Below are positions 18,273 through 24,000 of a DNA stretch of 24,000 nt, one piece after another; position 1 is the first letter of the stretch; every line of letters starts with the position of its first letter. Below the pieces are notes generated by a model that made no database searches, had not been told where the DNA came from, and worked only from the letters and a program-made list of their open reading frames with translations. Source of the stretch: Aciduliprofundum boonei T469 (GTDB lineage Archaea; Thermoplasmatota; Thermoplasmata; Thermoplasmatales; Aciduliprofundaceae); NCBI RefSeq assembly GCF_000025665.1, contig NC_013926.1, forward strand, positions 1,033,612-1,057,611. The letters are read 5' to 3'. A program made the translations under genes and the position numbers.

Positions 18273-18938
18273 TTAAAATAGTTTTTGGTCAAAGGCAATT
18301 GAGGTTATATCAATATGGCCTCGCATACCATCCCAAAACACACTATAATTTTCCACAGATAAACTATTTTTGAATATGGGAGCATCTATTACAAATGTCT
18401 CATACTCTCCCCCCTCGCCACTTACATTAATTTTGTATTTTTTCTCCAATTCCATAAGTTTTGCAAGAATATTCTCATCTATTATCTTTCCGAGAAAGGA
18501 TTCATCTAAGCCATAGGCTGCCACGGCAACAATCATAATCTTGAAATCTGCAAGAAGCATATCTTGCAATAGCATTTCTTGGCTTTTTCCCCAAAGAGGC
18601 GCGTAAGAGAGAAATCCCAACTCTGTGCACACTTCTTCTATCTTCGTTTTTTGATAATTGGATGCAATTGCCCCACTTATAACAGCATCCACATCATAAT
18701 TTGAAAGCACATCTTTCAACTCAGCTTCATTATCACCGATTTTATAGATATCTTGCTCAATATCCATTGCCCTAGCCTGATACTTTGTTCTCTCTATGGC
18801 AGGAATGTGGTACATGTAGGAATCCTTCTCCTTTGGATATATTGTGACAAGTTTCTCGATTTCAAATCCCTGCTGCATTGCAAGGTAAATGGAGTATGTA
18901 GAATCTTTACCTCCTGAGAAAAGTGCTATAGCTCTCAT
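18273..18938 (-). CDS. dph6: Diphthine-ammonia ligase (Dph6 / MJ0570-family PP-loop ATPase)
   Basis: 221 aa. The PP-loop is ALFSGGKDST. The protein is collinear with my recollection of MJ0570 (...SYMYH..., GAIASNYQKTKIEEVC, VSGEGGEYETFV). The start overlaps the dgkA stop (ATGA). Confidence 0.85.
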   Translation of the reverse strand: MRAIALFSGGKDSTYSIYLAMQQGFEIEKLVTIYPKEKDSYMYHIPAIERTKYQARAMDIEQDIYKIGDNEAELKDVLSNYDVDAVISGAIASNYQKTKIEEVCTELGFLSYAPLWGKSQEMLLQDMLLADFKIMIVAVAAYGLDESFLGKIIDENILAKLMELEKKYKINVSGEGGEYETFVIDAPIFKNSLSVENYSVFWDGMRGHIDITSIAFDQKLF

Positions 18939-19297
18939 TCAAACAGCCCCATCAGTTTTGGTATGAAAATAAGGGCACCTTCAACTATTGCAAAAATAGC
19001 TGCGATTAAAACAGCTCCAGCGGATATATCCTTTATTATCTTTATTCGTTCATCGTATTCTCCATTTGAGATTACATCCATTGATTTCTCTATAGCAGTG
19101 TTTATGAGTTCTAAAGAAAATACAAGGGCTGAAATGCCCATAATGATAGCAAAATCATTTAGAGAAATTTGAAGATAGAGTCCAAGAATTATCACTATTA
19201 GAAATATTCCAAACTGAATCCGCAAGCTTCTCTCGCTCGTAAACGCAAAGCCAATGCCATCAAGAGCATGATGCACTGCTTCTCTTAAAGACCACAC
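18935..19297 (-). CDS. dgkA: Diacylglycerol/undecaprenol kinase family (DgkA-type) small integral membrane kinase
   Basis: 120 aa with a GTG start and three predicted TM segments. Motifs: SERSLRIQ, ELINTAIEKSMD, KDISAGAVL. These are typical of prokaryotic DgkA (PF01219-type). Confidence 0.75.
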   Translation of the reverse strand: MWSLREAVHHALDGIGFAFTSERSLRIQFGIFLIVIILGLYLQISLNDFAIIMGISALVFSLELINTAIEKSMDVISNGEYDERIKIIKDISAGAVLIAAIFAIVEGALIFIPKLMGLFE

Positions 19298-19316
19298 ATT
19301 CTTATATCCCTATGCA

Positions 19317-20168
19317 TTACTTAAATTTTGTCAAATTGAGTGTGGCATAGAAAGATGTGGCAAGAACTATGGCACCACCAATTGCCGTGTGAATCGCTGG
19401 AACTTCATTTAAGAAAACGAACGCAAGTATTATACCGTAGAGGGGCTCTAAAGAGGCTATTATACTTGCCGTGCGAGCATTTACCCTACTCAATGAAGAA
19501 ATAAATAAAGTATGTGCTAGCCCAGTGAACACTATGCCTAAGAGCACAACATAAGCGATATCGCTGAATGAAGGTGAAACATCGAATAGGAATAATATTG
19601 GCAAGAGAAAAATAGCTGCAAAACTATCTTGGTAAAATGCAAGAGTTACGCTTGAATACTCCTGCACATATTTTCGATTAATTATAGTTAAGAAAGAGAA
19701 TGTTAATCCCGAGAGAGTTCCCCATATAACCCCCTGTGTTACATTATTCTGGACATTTAAATTTGGAACTATGAACAATATGCCAATAAATGTGATTATC
19801 GGCAAAACTACATTCATCTTTCTGATTTTCTCTTTAAAAATCCAGGGCTCCAACACCGCCGTAAAGATTGGAAATGTTGAATATGTAATTAGGCCTATGG
19901 CAACAGTTGATAGTTGTATAGAATAGAAAAACAAGCTCCAGTGTACTGCAAGGAGTAAACCTAAAACAGGTAAGTATAAAAGATCTCTTTTAGGTACCTT
20001 GAACCCCTCTTTTCTATAAATCATCACCAAAAATAGAAAAATAGCTGCAAATACTACACGCCCAAGCACAATCATCATTGTGGGTAGGCTTATTATCTTC
20101 CCAAATAATCCTGCAAATCCGAAAAGAAATACCGCCCCATGAAGCTCAACAACTTCTTTTCTCACCAA
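19317..20168 (-). CDS. EamA/DMT-superfamily transporter
   Basis: 283 aa with about 10 hydrophobic segments arranged as two EamA-like halves. The start is TTG 20168 or GTG 20165. Confidence 0.75.
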   Translation of the reverse strand: MVRKEVVELHGAVFLFGFAGLFGKIISLPTMMIVLGRVVFAAIFLFLVMIYRKEGFKVPKRDLLYLPVLGLLLAVHWSLFFYSIQLSTVAIGLITYSTFPIFTAVLEPWIFKEKIRKMNVVLPIITFIGILFIVPNLNVQNNVTQGVIWGTLSGLTFSFLTIINRKYVQEYSSVTLAFYQDSFAAIFLLPILFLFDVSPSFSDIAYVVLLGIVFTGLAHTLFISSLSRVNARTASIIASLEPLYGIILAFVFLNEVPAIHTAIGGAIVLATSFYATLNLTKFK

Positions 20169-20215
20169 GTATATGTATGTGCAAGCCCGTATTTCATATT
20201 TCCCATCGAAAATGA

Positions 20216-20222
20216 TTTATAA
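20216..20222 (+). promoter_or_regulatory. TATA-box-like element TTTATAA upstream of tRNA-Thr
   Basis: It lies 25-31 nt upstream of the mature tRNA-Thr 5' end (20247), which is the expected archaeal TATA position. Confidence 0.45.
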
Positions 20223-20246
20223 GCAAATCCAATTTAACCTCGAAAA

Positions 20247-20376
20247 GCCACCGTAGCTTAGCCCGGCAGAGCGGCTGATTCGTAAGAGCCCCTTTCTTAA
20301 AAAGAAAGGTGCTTCACCCCCAAAGAAGGGGCTCCGAGTTATCAGCAGGTCGGGGGTTCGAATCCCCCCGGTGGCT
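20247..20376 (+). tRNA. tRNA-Thr(CGU) with a 56-nt intron at canonical position 37/38
   Basis: GCCACCG-TA-GCTT-AGCCCGGCA-GAGC-G-GCTGA-TTCGTA[intron]A-TCAGC-AGGTC-GGGGG-TTCGAAT-CCCCC-CGGTGGC-T. The anticodon is CGT and no CCA is encoded. Confidence 0.9.
20285..20340 (+). other. tRNA-Thr intron (56 nt) with canonical hBHBh' motif
   Basis: Intron: AGAGCCCCTTTCTTAAAAAGAAAGGTGCTTCACCCCCAAAGAAGGGGCTCCGAGTT. Outer helix GAGCCCC/GGGGCTC, 5' bulge TA|A, central helix TTCG/CGAG (one G-U pair), 3' bulge TT|A, then anticodon stem GCTGA/TCAGC. The boundary is ambiguous by 1 nt (A/A). Confidence 0.85.
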
Positions 20377-20377
20377 C

Positions 20378-20382
20378 TTTTT
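20378..20382 (+). terminator. Oligo-T tract (T5) immediately after tRNA-Thr
   Basis: GGTGGCT-C-TTTTT-CAGG. An oligo-T tract 2 nt after the discriminator base is a typical archaeal tRNA terminator. Confidence 0.4.
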
Positions 20383-20434
20383 CAGGAAATTATTTATACT
20401 AAATCATCTCTACTAAACTTCAAGAGGGGATCAA

Positions 20435-20656
20435 ATGAATGGAAGTAAAAAGTATATTGGAGGAAGTGTGATTTTGGGCATTGGCAATGCTCTGGCGATT
20501 ATAGGGATCATATTGGGTATAGGCTTGCTCGTGAAGTACGATATTTATATGCTCATCGCTGCAATAGTTCTAATAATTTCAGGCACAGTTATATCTCTTA
20601 TAGGAATATCTATTAGGGGCCCGAAATATGTGAAGGACGGATATATAAGCCACTAA
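20435..20656 (+). CDS. Small hypothetical membrane protein (two predicted TM helices)
   Basis: 73 aa. GAGGGGA SD lies 5 nt before the ATG. Two hydrophobic stretches are present (SVILGIGNALAIIGIILGIGLLV and MLIAAIVLIISGTVISLIGISI). I recognise no family. Confidence 0.5.
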   Translation: MNGSKKYIGGSVILGIGNALAIIGIILGIGLLVKYDIYMLIAAIVLIISGTVISLIGISIRGPKYVKDGYISH

Positions 20657-20660
20657 AAAT

Positions 20661-20954
20661 TCAAAGCTTATCTATTTCATCTCTTAATATTCTTCCCTCT
20701 TCGATTCCGATCTCCTTTGCTTTAGGGGAAGACCATTTTATCTTTGCATTGAGCATATCTTCAAAAGTATTCACTCCAGATACCATAACTGCAACATCTC
20801 CTAATTTTTCAGCAGTAGATGGATTAAGGTATCCACACATGGCAAATCCTATGGTGCCTTTTATAAGCAATAATGGTGCATTGGGCATTTCAACTCTTAA
20901 TCCTAAGAACTCCTTTCCTTGAACTTTCAATCTTGTTATTTCAACTTCGCTCAT
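20661..20954 (-). CDS. DUF1805 (YunC-like) domain protein
   Basis: APLLLIKGTIGFAMCGYLNPSTAEKLGDVAVMVSGVNTFEDMLNAKI matches the DUF1805 core pattern. I prefer ATG at 20952-20954 (97 aa), which sits one nt after the upstream THUMP gene stop, over the TTG at 21002. Confidence 0.7.
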   Translation of the reverse strand: MSEVEITRLKVQGKEFLGLRVEMPNAPLLLIKGTIGFAMCGYLNPSTAEKLGDVAVMVSGVNTFEDMLNAKIKWSSPKAKEIGIEEGRILRDEIDKL

Positions 20955-20955
20955 A

Positions 20956-21402
20956 TTATGGATAGGAGAGGAATAGGAGATAAAACTTTCCCCTACGCTC
21001 AAAATACAATTTGCATTCTGGCTCTGTTAGATTTACAGGGATATTCAAGATTTCTGCAATTTTTCCACCTATTTCTCTTTCAACGCTTTTTTTGTTTGAG
21101 CGAACTGCAAAGCTCTTGCACTCCTTCAATTTAGAAATCATACTTTTTATTAGAGAGACCTCATCTTTAAAAATCTCAATCTCATAAAGGGCAAGCACAC
21201 CTTTTATGCCTTCAAGCAAAGATTTTGGAGTGGTAGAATCTGTGAAAAGTATGAGCCTTCCATCTATAATCTCTACTACGCAGTCGGTATTCGTTTCAAC
21301 GCATCTTTTCATGACCTCCTCTTTAAAGTAGTTAAAATAGAGTTGTGAGTTTTTAGGAATTTTTGCCTTTATAGCGTACGCTTTCACATTCCTAAATAGC
21401 AA
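20956..21402 (-). CDS. Small THUMP-domain (predicted RNA-binding) protein; start uncertain (TTG 21402)
   Basis: 148 aa. The C-terminal half KSFAVRSNKKSVEREIGGKIAEILNIPVNLTEPECKLYFERRGKFYLLF fits the THUMP pattern (FaVr...s.ei...vG..i.....VdL..Pd..i.ve). It is preceded by a ferredoxin-like N-terminal region. No catalytic domain is attached. Confidence 0.55.
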   Translation of the reverse strand: MLFRNVKAYAIKAKIPKNSQLYFNYFKEEVMKRCVETNTDCVVEIIDGRLILFTDSTTPKSLLEGIKGVLALYEIEIFKDEVSLIKSMISKLKECKSFAVRSNKKSVEREIGGKIAEILNIPVNLTEPECKLYFERRGKFYLLFLSYP

Positions 21403-21458
21403 TCATATAATTTATTTTTATGCGCAAAGTATTTTAATTTCTCCGATTATATGCCCGT

Positions 21459-21968
21459 ATGGATGAAATTATGAAAATCGTGGAAGCGGTGCTATTCTCC
21501 TCAGAAAAACCTCTCAGGGTTGGAGAGATTGCAAAGGTTGGAAATTTGAAGAGTGAGGATGTGAGTAAGGCAATGCGTAAATTGAGAAAAGAGTATCAGG
21601 AAAGAGATGGGGCGATAGAGATTGCAAGAATAGGGAATAAGTATGTTATGCAGTTGAAGGAAGAGTATGTTAAGTATGGATACGCAATGGGCAAGAAGGA
21701 GCTGAGAGATGATGTACTAAAAACCCTTGCAATCATCGCTTACTATCAACCCATAACACAAAGCAAGCTAAGAGCAATAATAGGCACGAAAGTTTACGAG
21801 CATATTGATGAGTTAAAGAAAAGAGGATTTGTTTATGGTAAAAAGGCAGGAAGAACAATTGTACTAAGAACAACCAAGAAATTCAATGAATATTTTGGTA
21901 TAGATGCTTCCAAGCCTGAAGATATAAAGAAATTCTTTGAAAAGGCAGGAGGTGATAAAAATGAATAA
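21459..21968 (+). CDS. scpB: Segregation and condensation protein B (ScpB)
   Basis: 169 aa. The N-terminus IVEAVLFSSEKPLRVGEIAKV and the second wHTH (LKTLAIIAYYQPITQSKLRAIIG...ELKKRGFV) are typical ScpB tandem winged helices. Confidence 0.8.
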   Translation: MDEIMKIVEAVLFSSEKPLRVGEIAKVGNLKSEDVSKAMRKLRKEYQERDGAIEIARIGNKYVMQLKEEYVKYGYAMGKKELRDDVLKTLAIIAYYQPITQSKLRAIIGTKVYEHIDELKKRGFVYGKKAGRTIVLRTTKKFNEYFGIDASKPEDIKKFFEKAGGDKNE

Positions 21969-23289
21969 GGTCCTGTTAATGGGTTCTGGAGGAAGGGAGC
22001 ATGCGATAGCGAAAGCATTGAAGGATGGAGGGGCAAAAATTTATGCAGTTATGAAACACAAAAATCCAGGAATAGCGAGGTTATCTGAAGATTACATTAT
22101 TGGTGATGATAGCAGCGTTTCTTTTGTTAAAAATTTAGATTGGGTAAAATTCAAAAAAGTTGATTTTGCAGTTATAGGCCCTGAAGCCCCACTGATAAAT
22201 GGAATGGCGGACATGCTCGAGGAGAAGGGCATACCTGTAGTTGGTCCAAGGAAGGATGCGGCAATAATTGAAGGGTCTAAAGAATTCATGCGAGATCTGA
22301 TGAAAAAGCACAATATTGATGGTATGGTTGATTATTATGTATTCAACGATCCACAGAAAGTGGAAGAATTCTTGAAAAATTATGATAAGCCCTTTGTCAT
22401 CAAGCCCGTGGGGGTAACTGGAGGTAAAGGCGTATGGGTAATGGGAGATCATTTCAAGACAAAGGAAGATGGAATAAGGTATGCAAAGGAGATCATAGAG
22501 AAAAAAATTGGAGGGGTAGATAGGGTAATAATCGAAGAGAAGCTTGTGGGCGAGGAATTTACACTCCAAATATTCACTGACGGAATAAACTTGGCAGGTA
22601 TGCCACTCGTGCAGGATTTCAAGAGAGCTTATGAAGGGGATTTAGGACCAAATACTGGGGGAATGGGCTCGTATAGTATGGAGAACCATCTGCTTCCATT
22701 CTTGACAAAGGAAGATTACACAAAAGCGATGAAAATAATGGAAGATATTATAGCAGCGATGCGTAGAGAAGGAAGAATATACAAGGGTATAATCTACGGC
22801 CAATTTATGCTCACAGCCGAAGGACCAAAGATAATCGAAGTGAACTGCAGGTTTGGAGATCCAGAGGCGATGAATGTTCTCTCTATCTTAAAGACAAATT
22901 TCGTGGATATCGCGTGGAGTATAATCGAGGGAAAATTGAAGCCTGTAGAGTTTGAAAACAAGGCTACGGTGGTAAAATATGTTGTTCCCGAAGGATACGG
23001 TACAAAGCCATTAGCAAACCAAGAGATAAAGGTAAATGAGGAAAGGATAAAGAGAGAGGGTGCGCTGCTATACTATGCATCCGTGAACGAGAGTAATGGA
23101 AAAATATACACCACAACCTCACGCTCTCTGGCCGTAGTGGGAATAGCAGAGAATCTTTACGAGGCAGAGGAGATAGCGGAAAAAGCATTAAGACATATAG
23201 TTGGAAGAGTGTATTCAAGGCACGATATAGCAAAGAAAGAGATGATAGATGCAAAAATTGCAAAGATGAAAGAATTGCGTGGTATCTAA
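21961..23289 (+). CDS. purD: Phosphoribosylamine-glycine ligase (GAR synthetase)
   Basis: The N-terminus MNKVLLMGSGGREHAIAKAL is the PurD signature. An ATP-grasp core is present (PFVIKPVGVTGGKGV, EEKLVGEEFTLQ, IEVNCRFGDPE). ATG 21961 has GGAGGTGAT 5 nt upstream and overlaps the scpB end by 8 nt, so I prefer it to the TTG at 21937. Confidence 0.93.
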   Translation: MNKVLLMGSGGREHAIAKALKDGGAKIYAVMKHKNPGIARLSEDYIIGDDSSVSFVKNLDWVKFKKVDFAVIGPEAPLINGMADMLEEKGIPVVGPRKDAAIIEGSKEFMRDLMKKHNIDGMVDYYVFNDPQKVEEFLKNYDKPFVIKPVGVTGGKGVWVMGDHFKTKEDGIRYAKEIIEKKIGGVDRVIIEEKLVGEEFTLQIFTDGINLAGMPLVQDFKRAYEGDLGPNTGGMGSYSMENHLLPFLTKEDYTKAMKIMEDIIAAMRREGRIYKGIIYGQFMLTAEGPKIIEVNCRFGDPEAMNVLSILKTNFVDIAWSIIEGKLKPVEFENKATVVKYVVPEGYGTKPLANQEIKVNEERIKREGALLYYASVNESNGKIYTTTSRSLAVVGIAENLYEAEEIAEKALRHIVGRVYSRHDIAKKEMIDAKIAKMKELRGI

Positions 23290-24000
23290 GCTCCAAATTT
23301 ATCAGCGCGATTCGTGGCATTTAGAATCATCTGCATCAGATCCGAGCCCCTTATCCTAAGCGAGCCCTTTGCGCAGGCAACTTCGTTGAATTCAGAGCCT
23401 TCTGCCCTAGAATCCTCAGCGTATATCATAATTGGCACGGCATCTCCGCTGTGGTCTCCTACGCTGCAAGGAGTGCTATGGTCTGCGGTTATTACAACCA
23501 CAATATCTTCGGGCAAAATCTCTAAAAGATAGCCCATGGCTTCATCTATTCTCTCTATGACCTCAACCTTCTTTCTTGGCAGCATGTCATGTCCCGCAAT
23601 ATCGGTGGCTTTTATGTTGACTAAGACGAAATCGTAATCCTGCCGAGCTAAGGCCTTTATTGCCTCCCTTATTTTTCCCTTCATATCCGTATCATAGGAG
23701 CCTGTGGCCCCTGGAAAATCTATGGGATGTATGCCTGCAAGTTTGCATATTCCTCTAATCAAAGGTGTGCCAACTACGCAGGCGGCTTTCATATTGTATT
23801 TTTTCACAAAATTCTCAAGATGAGGGGCCATGCCCGCACCCCTGGGGAGAAGGATGTTTGCAGGCTTCAATCCTTTTTTCTCCCTTTCTTTATTCACGGG
23901 ATGCTCTTTTAGAATCTCATAGGCCCTCTTTACAAATTCGTTTAATATTCTCGCAGTCTTCTCTGCCTCTGGCTTCAATGGCTTCGCCTCATGTATCTTC
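23286..24000 (-). CDS. apgM: 2,3-bisphosphoglycerate-independent phosphoglycerate mutase, archaeal type (ApgM); N-terminus lies beyond the window
   Basis: The frame stays open to nt 24000 (upstream of the listed TTG it reads ...KIHEAKP). C-terminal motifs VVITADHSTPCSVGDHSGDAVPIMIY and NIKATDIAGHD are typical of ApgM / metalloenzyme-superfamily mutases. The stop overlaps the purD stop by 4 nt (convergent). Confidence 0.85.
   Translation of the reverse strand, partial: KIHEAKPLKPEAEKTARILNEFVKRAYEILKEHPVNKEREKKGLKPANILLPRGAGMAPHLENFVKKYNMKAACVVGTPLIRGICKLAGIHPIDFPGATGSYDTDMKGKIREAIKALARQDYDFVLVNIKATDIAGHDMLPRKKVEVIERIDEAMGYLLEILPEDIVVVITADHSTPCSVGDHSGDAVPIMIYAEDSRAEGSEFNEVACAKGSLRIRGSDLMQMILNATNRADKFGA

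Noticed and set aside
20377-21402. Integrated mobile element or genomic islet at the 3' side of tRNA-Thr
   Set aside because: There is no integrase or recombinase gene, and no second copy of the tRNA 3' end (GGTTCGAATCCCCCCGGTGGC) is visible in the window. The downstream genes (small membrane protein, DUF1805, THUMP) look like ordinary chromosomal genes.
21937-21960. TTG-initiated N-terminal extensions proposed by the ORF track (purD 21937; DUF1805 21002; HTH-Nudix 8506)
   Set aside because: In each case an in-frame ATG with a good GGAGG/AGGAG-type SD gives an N-terminus that matches the family consensus. The upstream codons overlap the neighbouring gene or promoter.

Overview
This is a very gene-dense chromosomal segment from an archaeon. 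The K/E/I-rich proteins and GC-rich tRNA stems in an AT-rich genome suggest a thermophile. The unsplit RpoB fits Thermoplasmata/DHVE2-, Thermococcales- or crenarchaeal-type lineages, but that placement is a low-confidence guess. The centre of the window is the conserved RNA polymerase operon on the minus strand: tRNA-Lys, rpoH, rpoB, rpoA1, rpoA2, rpl30e, nusA. Around it are housekeeping genes: aRF1, archease, Elp3, a catalytically intact form III RuBisCO, Dph6-like diphthine-ammonia ligase, DgkA, an EamA transporter, ScpB, PurD, ApgM and the end of a Cdc48/VAT-type ATPase. There are three tRNA genes, and two of them (Glu-UUC, Thr-CGU) carry about 55-nt introns with canonical bulge-helix-bulge motifs. 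I found no CRISPR array, transposase, integrase, toxin-antitoxin pair or recognisable defence island, so this looks like core genome rather than an accessory region. The strongest sequence-level observation is a roughly 45-nt intron-type module present three times: in both tRNA introns and again as the 3' trailer of tRNA-Glu. Other points worth a second look: (1) a co-transcribed pair of an orphan receiver-domain protein and a tandem PH/CheF-like + wHTH protein; (2) a ~126-aa N-terminal extension on RpoA''; (3) Cys4 inserts in RpoB and aRF1; (4) a COG1533 radical-SAM gene directly upstream of RuBisCO; (5) a ModE-HTH/Nudix fusion with a palindromic candidate operator; (6) a THUMP/DUF1805 gene pair. 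All functional calls come from motif recognition by eye, with no database search run.
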